NCBI GenBank assembly: GCA_020854035.1
Contig: JADZGE010000069.1
Span: 363-64,362, forward strand
From: Burkholderiales bacterium
GTDB lineage: Bacteria; Pseudomonadota; Gammaproteobacteria; Burkholderiales; SG8-41
Length of the DNA stretch: 64,000 nucleotides
Direction of reading: 5' to 3'
Below the pieces are notes generated by a model, which was not told where the DNA came from, ran no database searches, and saw only the letters and a program-made list of their open reading frames with translations. Made by a program: the position numbers and the translations under genes. Position 1 is the stretch's first letter; each line of letters opens with the position of its first letter. This document shows, piece after piece, positions 18,932 to 28,757 of this stretch.

Positions 18932-20692
18932 ATGCCGTTTAACCGCCTGCCGGTTCCGCTCGCCGCCTGCGTGTTCGTCGCCGCCTGCGCGAGCCAGCCG
19001 CCTGCCGGCACGCCGGCCGGGGAGGCGGGCGCCGCGCCCAAGCCGAAGGCCGAGCCGCGCGTTGTCGTCGCCAAGCCCGCGCCGCGGCAGGCGCCGCTGC
19101 CGCCGGTCGAGCTCTCCACCGACATCCTGTTCAAGATCATGATGGCGGAAGTCGCGATGCAACGCGGGCAGCCGCACGTCGCGGTTCCGGCCTATCTCGA
19201 GCTCGCGCGTGAAACGCACGATCCGCGCATCGCGCAGCGCGCGACCGAGCTCGCGTGGAACGCGCGCTTCGTGTCGGCCGCGCTCGAGGCGGCTGGCATC
19301 TGGCTGCAGGCCGATCCCGAGTCGGCGCAGGCCCGGCAGATCGTGGCGACGCTGCTCGTGAGCCAGTCCTCGCTGGAGGACGCCGCTCCGCACCTTGCGC
19401 GCTGGCTCGCCTCCGACAAGGAGAACGTGGGGCGGAGCTTCCTGCAGTTGAACACGCTGCTCGCGCGCCATCAGGACAAGCAGGCGGTGCTGAGGCTCGT
19501 CGCGAGCCTCGCCGCGCGCTACCCGTCGGTTCCGGAGGCGCGGCTCACCGTCGCGCAGGCCGCCTGGAACGCGAACGACACGGAGCTCTCGCTCGGGGAG
19601 GCGCGCGCCGCGCTGGAGCTGCGGCCCGACTGGGAGCTGGCCGCGCTCTTCGTGGCCCAGGTGCTGCAACGGCGTTCGAACGCGGAGGCGGCGCGCTTCC
19701 TCGGGGAGTTCCTCGAGCGCCATCCCAGGGCGCGTGACGTCCAGCTGAACTACGCCCGCATGCTGGTGAACGAGCGCCGCTACGCAGAGGCGCGCCAGCA
19801 GTTCGAGGCGCTGACGCGCGAGTACCCGCGGAACGCCGAAGTCGGCATGGCCGTCGCGCTGCTCGCGATCCAGGCGCGCGACTACGAGGCGGCGGACGCG
19901 CAGTTGCGGCGCGTGCTCGAGCTCGACTACAAGGATCCCGACACCGTCCGCTTCTACCTCGGCCAGGTGAACGAGGAGCTCAAGCGCGCCGACGAGGCGC
20001 TCAAGTGGTACGGCGGCGTCACCGGCGGCAGCCAGTACGTGAGCGCGCAGGCGCGCTACGCGGGAATACTCGCGCGGCAGGGACAGCTCCCGCAGGCGCT
20101 TCGCCACCTGCGGGAGGCCGCCGCCGGAAACAGCCAGCAACGCGTGCAGTTGACGCAGGCCGAGGCGCAGCTCCTGCGGGAGGCGGGCGACTACCGGGGA
20201 GCGTTCGACGTGCTGGCGCAGGGGCTGGAGACATCACCCGCCCAGCCGGACCTCCTCTACGACTACGCGATGGCGGCGGAGAAGCTCGACCGTCTCGACG
20301 TTCTCGAGGGGAGTCTGCGCAAGCTGATCGCGCTGCGACCCGACCACGCCCACGCCTACAACGCGCTCGGCTACTCGCTCGCCGACCGCAACGTGCGCAT
20401 CGACGAGGCGCACCGCCTGATCGAAACGGCGTTGAAACTCGCGCCCGAGGATCCGTTCATCATGGACAGCATGGGCTGGGTCCTCTACCGCATGGGCCGC
20501 CCGGCCGAGGGGCTCGACTACCTGCAGCGCGCGTTCAAGCTGCGCCCGGACCCGGAGATCGCGGCGCATCTCGGGGAGCTGCTGTGGGTCGCGGGCCGGC
20601 AGGGGGAAGCGCGCCGGGTCTGGGACGACGCGCTGAAGGAACATCCCGCCAACGACGTGCTGAAGGCGACGGTCAAGCGCTTGGCCCCGTAG
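18932..20692 (+). CDS. tetratricopeptide repeat lipoprotein
   Basis: Lipobox-like LAACVFVAAC followed by many TPR-like helical repeats. Conserved position upstream of lolB-ispE. Confidence 0.8.
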   Translation: MPFNRLPVPLAACVFVAACASQPPAGTPAGEAGAAPKPKAEPRVVVAKPAPRQAPLPPVELSTDILFKIMMAEVAMQRGQPHVAVPAYLELARETHDPRIAQRATELAWNARFVSAALEAAGIWLQADPESAQARQIVATLLVSQSSLEDAAPHLARWLASDKENVGRSFLQLNTLLARHQDKQAVLRLVASLAARYPSVPEARLTVAQAAWNANDTELSLGEARAALELRPDWELAALFVAQVLQRRSNAEAARFLGEFLERHPRARDVQLNYARMLVNERRYAEARQQFEALTREYPRNAEVGMAVALLAIQARDYEAADAQLRRVLELDYKDPDTVRFYLGQVNEELKRADEALKWYGGVTGGSQYVSAQARYAGILARQGQLPQALRHLREAAAGNSQQRVQLTQAEAQLLREAGDYRGAFDVLAQGLETSPAQPDLLYDYAMAAEKLDRLDVLEGSLRKLIALRPDHAHAYNALGYSLADRNVRIDEAHRLIETALKLAPEDPFIMDSMGWVLYRMGRPAEGLDYLQRAFKLRPDPEIAAHLGELLWVAGRQGEARRVWDDALKEHPANDVLKATVKRLAP

Positions 20693-20708
20693 CGCTTCCC
20701 CCCGCGCC

Positions 20709-21284
20709 GTGCGCATGTCGCGGCTCCACGCAGTTTGCGCGCTCCTCGCGGCGGCGAGCCTCGCGGGCTGCGCCCTCTTCGCGCCGCCGCGCGGCTCGGT
20801 CGCGCCGTTCGACCTGGTCGGCCGGGTGGCGGTCATCTTCGATGGCCGGGCGTTCTCGTCGAACCTGCGCTGGAGTCATGCACCCGGCCGCGAGGAGCTG
20901 TGGCTCATGACGCCGCTCGGGCAGGCGCTCGCCTACATCGAAAGCGGCGACACCGGCGCGACGCTCACCGGCGCCGACCGCCAGCGCTACCACGCCGCCA
21001 GCGTGGAATCGCTCACCGGACGAGCGCTCGGCTGGGAGCTGCCGCTCGCGAGCCTCACCTGGTGGGTCCGCGGCGAGCCCGTGCCGGACGCGCCCGCGTC
21101 GGGCGAGCAGCACGACGGGCGGCAGCGCCTGACGGCGCTCGAGCAGCACGGGTGGAGGATATCCTGGGTTCACTACCCCCCCGGGGAGCAGGGCGGGCTG
21201 CCGCGGCGTCTCGAGCTGCGGCGCGGCGGACAGGAAATCCGCCTCGTGATCGACGCGTGGCGCGAGACCGGGACCGAACGATGA
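20709..21284 (+). CDS. lolB: outer membrane lipoprotein LolB
   Basis: Lipobox SLAGC, about 190 aa, located directly upstream of and overlapping ispE. Confidence 0.8.
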   Translation: MRMSRLHAVCALLAAASLAGCALFAPPRGSVAPFDLVGRVAVIFDGRAFSSNLRWSHAPGREELWLMTPLGQALAYIESGDTGATLTGADRQRYHAASVESLTGRALGWELPLASLTWWVRGEPVPDAPASGEQHDGRQRLTALEQHGWRISWVHYPPGEQGGLPRRLELRRGGQEIRLVIDAWRETGTER

Positions 21285-22117
21285 CCGAGGCGAGCTTTCC
21301 CGCGCCCGCGAAATTGAACCTCATGTTGCGCGTCGTCGGCCGGCGCCCCGACGGCTACCACCTGATCCAGAGCGTCATCCGGTTCATCGACCACGGCGAT
21401 GCGATCACCGTGCGCGTGCGCCCCGACGGGGTGGTGGCGCGCGTGAACGACGTGCCCGGCATCGCCCCCGCGGAGGACCTGACCGTGCGCGCGGCGCGGC
21501 TGCTGCAGCGTGCAACGGGTACCGCTCTTGGCGCCGACCTGACCGTGGAGAAGCGACTGCCGGCGGGCGGCGGCCTGGGCGGGGGCAGTTCGGACGCCGC
21601 CACGGCCCTGCTCGCACTCAATCACCTGTGGAAGACCGGCCTCTCCCGGGCGGAACTGCTCGACCTGGCGCTCCCGCTCGGTGCCGACGTGCCGGTGTTC
21701 GTGTTCGGCGAGAACGCGCTCGTGGAAGGCATCGGCGAGCGCCTGACTCCGCTCGTGCTGGAGGACGCCTGGTACGTGGTCCTGACACCACCGGTGGCGG
21801 TCGCTACCGCGCGCATCTTCGCCGATAACCGATTGAAGCGAGACTCGAAACCGATTACAATTCACGCCTTTTCGGCCGGCCTCGCCGGCAACGATCTCGA
21901 GCCCGTCGTGTGCCGCGAATTCCCCGAAGTCGCGCGGCATCTCGCCTGGCTTGCGGAGTCGGGGCCGGCGTGGGTTACCGGCTCGGGCGGGTGCGTGTTC
22001 GCGGCATTCGCCTCGGAAGGGGCGGCACGGGCGGTGCGGGCGGCGGCGCCCGGGGACATGCGGGGATTCGTCGCGCGCGGGCTCGCGCGCCACCCGCTGC
22101 GCGAGCTCGCGCAATGA
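21281..22117 (+). CDS. ispE: 4-(cytidine 5'-diphospho)-2-C-methyl-D-erythritol kinase
   Basis: ATG at 21281. KLNLMLRVVGRRPDGYH and the GHMP kinase motif PAGGGLGGGSSDAA. Confidence 0.95.
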   Translation: MTEASFPAPAKLNLMLRVVGRRPDGYHLIQSVIRFIDHGDAITVRVRPDGVVARVNDVPGIAPAEDLTVRAARLLQRATGTALGADLTVEKRLPAGGGLGGGSSDAATALLALNHLWKTGLSRAELLDLALPLGADVPVFVFGENALVEGIGERLTPLVLEDAWYVVLTPPVAVATARIFADNRLKRDSKPITIHAFSAGLAGNDLEPVVCREFPEVARHLAWLAESGPAWVTGSGGCVFAAFASEGAARAVRAAAPGDMRGFVARGLARHPLRELAQ

Positions 22118-22204
22118 ACGCGGCGGGCTGGCGGCGGCGGTGCGAAGCGTGGCGGCGATGCGAGTACAGTCGGCTTCAGCGCGGCGCCTCGAGCGCCGTG
22201 CTAC

Positions 22205-22278
22205 TGGGGAGTCGCCAAGCTGGTTAAGGCACCGGATTTTGATTCCGGCATGCGTGGGTTCGAATCCTACCTCCCCAG
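22205..22278 (+). tRNA. tRNA-Gln (anticodon TTG)
   Basis: Cloverleaf folded by hand: acceptor TGGGGAG/CTCCCCA, anticodon arm CCGGA-TTTTGAT-TCCGG, T arm GTGGG-TTCGAAT-CCTAC. Close to the E. coli tRNA-Gln sequence. Confidence 0.9.
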
Positions 22279-22295
22279 CCCTGTTGAGTTGAACG

Positions 22296-23285
22296 ATGGC
22301 CATGCGACCGGACAAGCTGCGTATCGGTGACGGCGGCACATTCGACCGCCTGATGGTGTTCACGGGCAACGCGAATCCGCGGCTCGCCGGGGACGTCGTG
22401 CGGCACCTCAACATCGACCTGGGGCGCGCCAAGGTGGGCCGCTTCAGCGACGGCGAGGTGATGGTCGAGATCCTGGAGAACGTGCGCGGCCGTGACGTCT
22501 TCGTGCTGCAGTCGATCTGCTCTCCGACCAACGACAACCTGATGGAGCTGCTGGTGATGGTCGATGCGCTGAAGCGCGCCTCCGCGGGGCGCGTCACGGC
22601 GACGATTCCCTACATGGGCTACGCGCGGCAGGACCGGCGGCCGGGTTCGGCGCGGGTGCCGATCAGCGCCAAGGTGGTCGCGAACATGATGTCGAGCGTG
22701 GGCGTCGACCGGCTGCTGACGATGGACCTCCATTCGGAGCAGATCCAGGGCTTCTTCGATATCCCCGTGGACAACATCTACTCGGGCCCGATCATGCTGG
22801 GTGATGTCTGGAAGCACGGCTTCCGGGGACTCGTCGTCGTTTCGCCGGACGTGGGCGGGGTGCTGCGCGCGCGCGCGCTCGCGAAACGGCTCGAGGCGGA
22901 CCTCGCGATCATCGACAAGCGGCGGCCGCGGCCGAACGTCGCCACCGTCATGCACATCATCGGCGAAGTGGCCGGCCGGCCGTGCGTGATCGTGGACGAC
23001 CTCGTCGACACCGCCAACACGCTGTGCGAGGCGGCCGGCGCGCTGAAGGAGCGCGGCGCCGAGCGCGTGCTCGCCTATTGCACGCACGCGGTGCTCTCGG
23101 GCAGGGCGGTGGAGCGCATCGGCGCGTCCGCGCTCGACGAGGTGGTGGTGACGGACACCATTCCGCTCTCGGATGGCGCGCGCTCGTGCAGCAAGATCCG
23201 CGTGCTCACGGTGGCCGGACTGTTCGCCGAGACCATGCGGCGCATCAACAACGAGGACTCGGTCAGCTCGCTCTTCGTCGAATAG
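22296..23285 (+). CDS. prs: ribose-phosphate pyrophosphokinase
   Basis: [11 protein letters not shown] and the PRPP-binding loop [12 protein letters not shown]. Confidence 0.95.
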   Translation: MAMRPDKLRIGDGGTFDRLMVFTGNANPRLAGDVVRHLNIDLGRAKVGRFSDGEVMVEILENVRGRDVFVLQSICSPTNDNLMELLVMVDALKRASAGRVTATIPYMGYARQDRRPGSARVPISAKVVANMMSSVGVDRLLTMDLHSEQIQGFFDIPVDNIYSGPIMLGDVWKHGFRGLVVVSPDVGGVLRARALAKRLEADLAIIDKRRPRPNVATVMHIIGEVAGRPCVIVDDLVDTANTLCEAAGALKERGAERVLAYCTHAVLSGRAVERIGASALDEVVVTDTIPLSDGARSCSKIRVLTVAGLFAETMRRINNEDSVSSLFVE

Positions 23286-23353
23286 CGAACCCACCGGGAC
23301 GGTTTTTTTCGGGGGGCGGGCCGGTAACGGCCGCCCCGGATCGGGAGACGGAC

Positions 23354-24070
23354 ATGAAGATAGAAGTGACGGCATTTCCCCGCGCGCACCGGGGATCGGG
23401 CGCCAGCCGGCGGCTGCGCGCGGGCGGGCGCGTCCCCGGGATCATTTACGGCGCCGGCGGGGCCGCGCGCAACGTCGAGGTGGACCATCGCACGCTGCTG
23501 CAGCAGTTGAAGCGCGAAGCGTTCCACGCCTCGATACTCGAATTGAAGCTCGACGGCGAAAGCATGCAGGTGCTCTTGCGCGACCACCAGATGCACCCGT
23601 GGCGCCAGCAGGTGCTGCACGTCGACTTCCAGCGCGTGGACAAGAACCGCAAGATCCGCATGCGCATCCCGCTGCACTTCACCAACGCGGAGATCTGCCC
23701 CGGGGTGAAGACCGGCGGCGGCGTGGTGCAGCACATCATGAACGAGATCGAGATCCAGTGCCTGCCGGACGACCTGCCGGAGTACATCGAGGTCGACCTC
23801 TCGGCGCTGGAACTCAACCAGACGCTGCACGTCACCGATCTCGCCATGCCGCGCGGGGTGGAGCCGCTGCCGCGCGTGAAGCACGAGGACCCGGCGGTGG
23901 TGTCGGTGCACGTGCCGAAGGAGATCGTGATCGAGGAAGAGGCGGCCGCGCCGGTCACCGAGATCATCGGCGAGGCTCCCGCCGAGGGCGAGGCTCCCGC
24001 CGAGGGCGCGGCCGAGGGCGAGAAGAAGGAAGCCGCGGCGGAGAAGAAGGAGCCCCCCAGGAAGGAGTGA
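23354..24070 (+). CDS. rplY: 50S ribosomal protein L25/general stress protein Ctc
   Basis: ATG at 23354. RRLRAGGRVPGIIYG, a two-domain Ctc form, and an acidic/Ala-rich tail containing EAPAEG repeats. Confidence 0.9.
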   Translation: MKIEVTAFPRAHRGSGASRRLRAGGRVPGIIYGAGGAARNVEVDHRTLLQQLKREAFHASILELKLDGESMQVLLRDHQMHPWRQQVLHVDFQRVDKNRKIRMRIPLHFTNAEICPGVKTGGGVVQHIMNEIEIQCLPDDLPEYIEVDLSALELNQTLHVTDLAMPRGVEPLPRVKHEDPAVVSVHVPKEIVIEEEAAAPVTEIIGEAPAEGEAPAEGAAEGEKKEAAAEKKEPPRKE

Positions 24071-24088
24071 TACCCCTGCGGCCCGATG

Positions 24089-24120
24089 GCCCGCCGGGTC
24101 GACGGCCCGGCGGGCTTTTT
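24089..24120 (+). terminator. rho-independent terminator after rplY
   Basis: Perfect 10-bp stem gcccgccggg/cccggcgggc with a 7-nt loop, followed by TTTTT. Confidence 0.65.
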
Positions 24121-24190
24121 GTTGGCGGCATGGCGGGCGAGTGTCCCGCTCCCGGATCGTAACCCCAGTCCATCACCCATCACCGCGGCG

Positions 24191-24856
24191 ATGAAACTCA
24201 TAGTCGGGCTCGGCAATCCGGGCGACAAGTACGAGGCGACCCGGCACAACGCGGGCTTCTGGTTCGTCGAGCGGCTTGCCGTCTCGAGCGGCGCCGCGCT
24301 GCGCCGGGACGCCCGGTTCCAGGCGCTCGTCGGGCGGCTTGACGCGGGGGGTCCGTGGCTCGTCCTGCCCCAGAGCTACATGAACTCGAGCGGCCGGCCG
24401 GTGCAGATGTTGGCGGGTTTCTTCCGGATCGAGCCCGCCGACGTGCTGGTCGTTCACGACGAACTCGATTTGCCGCCGGGCGTTGTTCGCCTGAAGCGGG
24501 GCGGCGGCATCGCCGGGCACAACGGCTTGAAGGACATCTCCGCCCGGCTCGGATCGCATGACTACTGGCGCCTGCGCATCGGCATCGGCCGGCCGGCCGA
24601 GCGCGCCGCGGCGGCCGATTACGTGCTGCACCGCCCCGCGCGGGAGGAACGCGCCGCGATCGACGAGGCGATGGCGCGCGCGCTGGAGGTGCTGCCGCTC
24701 GTGCTCGCCGGCGACATGCAGGGCGCGATGCTGCGGCTGCATACGGAGGCGCCGGCGCAGGAGCGGGCGCGCCCGGCGGACGAGCCGATACCCGGGCCCG
24801 GGCCGGCGGGCGGGAACGCGCAGCGCCCGGGCAGCGGCCCCGGGCGATCCGGATGA
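24191..24856 (+). CDS. pth: peptidyl-tRNA hydrolase
   Basis: ATG at 24191. GLGNPGDKYEATRHNAGF. Has a Pro/Gly-rich C-terminal extension of about 30 aa. Confidence 0.9.
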   Translation: MKLIVGLGNPGDKYEATRHNAGFWFVERLAVSSGAALRRDARFQALVGRLDAGGPWLVLPQSYMNSSGRPVQMLAGFFRIEPADVLVVHDELDLPPGVVRLKRGGGIAGHNGLKDISARLGSHDYWRLRIGIGRPAERAAAADYVLHRPAREERAAIDEAMARALEVLPLVLAGDMQGAMLRLHTEAPAQERARPADEPIPGPGPAGGNAQRPGSGPGRSG

Positions 24857-25947
24857 GCCTGCGCTGCGGCATCGTCGGGCTGCCGAATGTCGGCAAGTCC
24901 ACGCTCTTCAACGCGCTCACGCGGGCCGGCATCGCCGCGGAGAACTACCCCTTCTGCACGATCGAGCCAAACGTCGGCATCGTGGCGCTGTCCGATCCGC
25001 GGCTCGAGCGGCTCGCGGCGCTGGTCAGGCCGGAGAAGGTGACGCCTGCCACCGTCGAGTTCGTCGACATCGCCGGGCTGGTGGCAGGGGCCTCGAAGGG
25101 CGAGGGACTCGGCAACCAGTTCCTCGCGCATATCCGCGAGACCGACGGGATACTCCAGATCGTGCGCTGCTTCGGCGGCGAGAACGTCGTGCACGTCGCC
25201 GGCCGCGTCGACCCGCTGGCGGACATCGAGACCGTGCAGACCGAGCTCGCGCTCGCCGATCTCGCCGCCGTCGAGCGACAGCTCGAGCGTTGCGGCAAGG
25301 CGGCCCGCTCCGGCGGCGACAAGGAGGCGCAGCGTCTCCTGCCGGTACTGGAGAAGTGCCGCTCGGCGCTGGACGCCGGGCGCCCGGTGCGCGCGCTCGA
25401 ATTCACCGCGGCGGAACGGGAAGTGCGGCGGCGCCTCCATCTCCTCACCGCGAAGCCGGCGATCTACGTCGCCAACGTAGACGAGGACGGCTTCCGGGAG
25501 AATGCCCGCCTCGAGCAGGTGGCCGCGCACGCCGCGGCGGAAGGCGCGCCGGTCGTCGCGATCTGCGCCCGGCTGGAGGCCGAGATGGCGGACATGAGCG
25601 ACGAGGACAAGCGCGTTTTCCTCGCGGACCTGGGGCTCGAGGAACCGGGACTGAATCGACTCGTGCGCGCGGCGCACGAACTTCTCGGCCTGCACACCTT
25701 CTTCACCGCGGGGCCGAAGGAAGTGCGGGCGTGGACCATACGGCGGGGCGACACGGCCGCGCAGGCTGCGGCGGAAATCCATACCGACATCTCGCGCGGG
25801 TTCATCCGCGCCGAAGTGATTTCGTGGGACGACTACCTCGCATGCGGGGGCGAGCAGCGCGCGAAGGAGGCGGGCCGGATGCGGCTGGAAGGCCGGGACT
25901 ACGTGGTGCGCGACGGCGACGTGATTTACTTCCGCTTCAACATATGA
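24853..25947 (+). CDS. ychF: redox-regulated ATPase YchF
   Basis: G1 motif GLPNVGKSTLFNAL, 364 aa, Obg-family YchF architecture. Confidence 0.95.
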   Translation: MSLRCGIVGLPNVGKSTLFNALTRAGIAAENYPFCTIEPNVGIVALSDPRLERLAALVRPEKVTPATVEFVDIAGLVAGASKGEGLGNQFLAHIRETDGILQIVRCFGGENVVHVAGRVDPLADIETVQTELALADLAAVERQLERCGKAARSGGDKEAQRLLPVLEKCRSALDAGRPVRALEFTAAEREVRRRLHLLTAKPAIYVANVDEDGFRENARLEQVAAHAAAEGAPVVAICARLEAEMADMSDEDKRVFLADLGLEEPGLNRLVRAAHELLGLHTFFTAGPKEVRAWTIRRGDTAAQAAAEIHTDISRGFIRAEVISWDDYLACGGEQRAKEAGRMRLEGRDYVVRDGDVIYFRFNI

Positions 25948-25971
25948 TTCTCCGGCTCCACCGGAGAATCA
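25945..25971 (+). terminator. hairpin overlapping the ychF stop codon
   Basis: 11-bp perfect stem tgattctccgg/ccggagaatca with a 5-nt loop. No T-run follows, so the terminator role is uncertain. Confidence 0.35.
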
Positions 25972-26055
25972 TCGCCGAAAACCCCGCCATATCGGCCGTT
26001 CGGGCCGGAAGGGCCGGGGTTATACTTTCCCCACTGTAGCGGGCGGGAGGCTGGT

Positions 26056-26820
26056 ATGCGGAGGAGCAGTTCTGCCTTGAGATCCGTGGTGGCCGCCGGG
26101 CTTGCGGCGGTCGCGGTGACGCTTTCGGGCTGCGGCACGATGCAGCACGCGGACGGTGACGCGGTACGGATGGTGAACGCGATCGTGATGGACGACGCGG
26201 GCTACGTGCGCGCGGCGGTCGAGTCGAAGGCGGTCACCGTCAACCAGCGTGTGCCGGCGCCGGCGTACATGGAGGGCACGCCGCTCATCACGATCGCGGC
26301 ACGGGCGGCGGCGCTCGACGTGCTGCGCTATCTCGTCGCCGCGGGCGCGGACGTGAACGCCCGCACGCCGGCGGACGAGACGCCGCTCATGCTCGCCGCG
26401 TTCTTCGGTGACGACGACGGCGCGGCCAGCCCGCGGCACGAGGCGGCGGTGCGCCTGCTGGTGAAGGCCGGCGCGTCGCTCGAGACGGAAACGCACAATT
26501 ACACGCCGCTCACCTACGCGGCCTACAAGAACCGGCAGCACACGCTGCGCTTCCTGCTGCAGCTCGGCGCGAACGTCGATGGCGGCGCCGACGAATCGAT
26601 CACCTACGTCAACACGCCGCTCATGATGGCCGCGATCCAGGGGTATGCCGACACCGTGCGGCTGCTCCTCGAGGCCGGCGCCAACCCGCGCATCCGGATG
26701 AAGGGCGGGCACACCGCCAGCGAGCTCGCGCTGAAGCACCGCCACGAGCGCCTCGCGCGGCTGCTCCACTGCGCCGAGACGCTGCCGCCCGGGGCGCGGC
26801 TCGCCGAGCGCTGCCCGTGA
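26056..26820 (+). CDS. ankyrin repeat lipoprotein
   Basis: Lipobox LSGC and several ANK repeats (TPLMLAA..., TPLTYAAYKN..., TPLMMAAIQGYADTVRLLLEAGANP). Confidence 0.85.
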   Translation: MRRSSSALRSVVAAGLAAVAVTLSGCGTMQHADGDAVRMVNAIVMDDAGYVRAAVESKAVTVNQRVPAPAYMEGTPLITIAARAAALDVLRYLVAAGADVNARTPADETPLMLAAFFGDDDGAASPRHEAAVRLLVKAGASLETETHNYTPLTYAAYKNRQHTLRFLLQLGANVDGGADESITYVNTPLMMAAIQGYADTVRLLLEAGANPRIRMKGGHTASELALKHRHERLARLLHCAETLPPGARLAERCP

Positions 26821-26846
26821 TCCGGGCGCCGTCGCGCCCGGATCAC
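26817..26846. terminator. hairpin between convergent genes
   Basis: 13-bp stem gtgatccgggcgc/gcgcccggatcac with a 4-nt loop, overlapping the ankyrin gene stop. Confidence 0.45.
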
Positions 26847-26872
26847 GACGGGCACGTTCATCGAAGCGGCGG

Positions 26873-27214
26873 CTAGCGCGACGGTTTCGGGGGAACGAGC
26901 GGCCGTTTCTCCCCCCAGAGGAGGTCGCAGTTCTTTTTCACGCAACGCCGCAGGAGCTCGATCAGGGGCCAGGCGCGCTGCCGGATCGAGATCCGCGGCT
27001 CGCCATCGGCGCCGGACGCGCGAGCGGATTGCGCGGGCGCGCCGGGGGGCGTCGCGGCGAGGGCGCGTTCCAGCCGCTCGAGCGCGGCCGGTATGTCCTT
27101 CGCGAGGATGGCTCCGGGCAGCTCGCCGCTCTGGCCCATCATCTTCAGGAGCGCGACGCCGGGCTCGCCGAACATGGTCATGTCCCCGGCATCGCTCCGG
27201 AACTCGATCAGCAT
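26873..27214 (-). CDS. DUF1840 domain protein
   Basis: Start at M13 (MLIEFRSDAGDMTMFGEPGVALLKMMGQSG...), about 113 aa. The family call is from recall of the N-terminal motif. Confidence 0.7.
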   Translation of the reverse strand: MLIEFRSDAGDMTMFGEPGVALLKMMGQSGELPGAILAKDIPAALERLERALAATPPGAPAQSARASGADGEPRISIRQRAWPLIELLRRCVKKNCDLLWGEKRPLVPPKPSR

Positions 27215-27289
27215 GGCGGTCTCCGTATTCGAGGGATCGATGCCCTGCATATCATCTCACGGTCAAGGAGGCCGGGGGCCGCGCTGCCG

Positions 27290-27534
27290 ATTACAATGGC
27301 CGGATCAACAGCCCCGGAGAAGAACATGTTTTCGGCGTGACTCTCACCGCGATCCGGCCGGGCGCGAGCTCCGCGCTGCGGCACTGGCATTCCCATGAAG
27401 ACGAGTTCGTCTACGTGCTCGAAGTCGGCGACCGCAACGCGCGGGATGACGTCGTCTACCCCGACGACGACCTGGTGGCCCGCGCGAGCCCGCGGGGGCG
27501 GCGGTTCACGCGGCGAGACGGCACGCCGTACTGA
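27290..27534 (+). pseudogene. cupin domain gene remnant
   Basis: FGVTLTAIRPGASSALRHWHSHEDEFVYVLE matches the cupin metal motif. The usual roughly 50-aa beta-barrel core is then missing. The reading frame resumes with a family-typical C-terminus (DDVVYPDDDL...RFTRRDGTPY). There is no credible N-terminus or start. Confidence 0.5.
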
Positions 27535-27597
27535 CGCGCTCTCCGCGGCCGGCATCGCCACGGTCGTCTACGTCCCGGCCAATGCCGGAAAGGCGGA

Positions 27598-28497
27598 TTA
27601 CCGTTTGAGGCTGATCGCGACGACGCCCACGAGCACCAGCGCCGAGCCGGCGAGCTGCAGCGGGGTCATGACTTCCTCGAGCCCCAGCCAGCCGAACGCG
27701 ATGGTCGTGATGGGGCCGAGCGCGCCGACGATCGCGACGGTGTTCGCGCCCACGCGCTTCAGCGCCTCCGAGGTCATGAAAACGGGGATGGCGGTGGACA
27801 CGACCGCCATGCCGATCGCGTAGCCGTAGACCGGCGCGGGGAGGTCGAGGGCGGCGAGCGGCCGCAGGAGCACCCACTGCAGGATGCACGCGGCGCTCGC
27901 GGCCGACATCGCGTAGGCGGTGAAGCGCACCGAGCCCACGCGCGCTATGACTTCGGAACCCGCGACGAGGTAGACCGCGTAGCAGAGCGCGCTCGCGAAC
28001 GCGAGCGCGGCGCCAAGCCAGAGGTCGCGCTCGCCGCCGCCGAGCGACTGCGCGAAGACCAGGACGAGACCCCCGTAGGTCAGCGCGAGCGCGACGACCT
28101 CCCGCCGCGTGACGCGCTTGCCGAGCATCAGCGCCGAGAGCACGACGACCATCGTGGGATACACGAAGAGAAGCAGTCGCCCGAGCCCGGCGGAGATGTA
28201 CTGGAGCGCGAGAAAATCGAGGAAGCTCGCCCCGTAGTAGCTGAGGACGCCCAGGGCGCACACCGCGGCGAACTCGCGCCCCGCGAGCGGGCGATGCCCG
28301 GCGCCGCTCCTCACCCAGTACGCCGCGCCGAGGAAGAACGGCAGCGCGAACACCATCCGCAGCGCGAGCAGCGTCACCGGGTCGACGACGTGCGCGTAGG
28401 CGAGCTTGATGAAGATCGGCCGGATGGAGAAGAACACCACCCCGCCGATGGCGAGGAGCAGCCCGGAGACGAAATAACCGCGCGCGGGGGCGGACAT
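27598..28497 (-). CDS. DMT superfamily (EamA-like) transporter
   Basis: 299 aa with ten predicted TM helices in two EamA-like halves. Confidence 0.9.
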   Translation of the reverse strand: MSAPARGYFVSGLLLAIGGVVFFSIRPIFIKLAYAHVVDPVTLLALRMVFALPFFLGAAYWVRSGAGHRPLAGREFAAVCALGVLSYYGASFLDFLALQYISAGLGRLLLFVYPTMVVVLSALMLGKRVTRREVVALALTYGGLVLVFAQSLGGGERDLWLGAALAFASALCYAVYLVAGSEVIARVGSVRFTAYAMSAASAACILQWVLLRPLAALDLPAPVYGYAIGMAVVSTAIPVFMTSEALKRVGANTVAIVGALGPITTIAFGWLGLEEVMTPLQLAGSALVLVGVVAISLKR

Positions 28498-28757
28498 CGG
28501 ATTCGAAGGGACTGACCGAAGAGGGGGCGGTTAGTCGAGCCGAGCGCTACCGGGCAAGGCCCGCGCGCGCACTATCCAGAGTGACGCAACCTCGCTTCTG
28601 CAATCCGTCTCGTCCGGCACGCTTCGGCGACATTCTTGCGGCGGTGCGACGGGGTCTTCAAATAGATCCATACGTCTGATTCGATGAGGGTTTGTCGACC
28701 TTACTGTGCTTCCATAAACCAGCTAAATTCCACCAAATCGGAACCAGTGGGGGGAGC

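Noticed and set aside
23960-24040. Nucleotide tandem repeat inside the rplY 3' end (EAPAEG EAPAEG AAEGE).
   Set aside because: It is a coding low-complexity tail typical of Ctc-form L25 proteins and is not part of the intergenic array families.
28515-28757. Small ORF (about 46 aa, minus strand, MDLFEDPVAPPQECRR...) and possible gene remnant in the gap between the EamA-like gene and the PIN-Res ORF.
   Set aside because: There is no recognisable motif, no RBS, and it is below any length I can support. It is possibly residual 3' sequence of the degraded Res locus.
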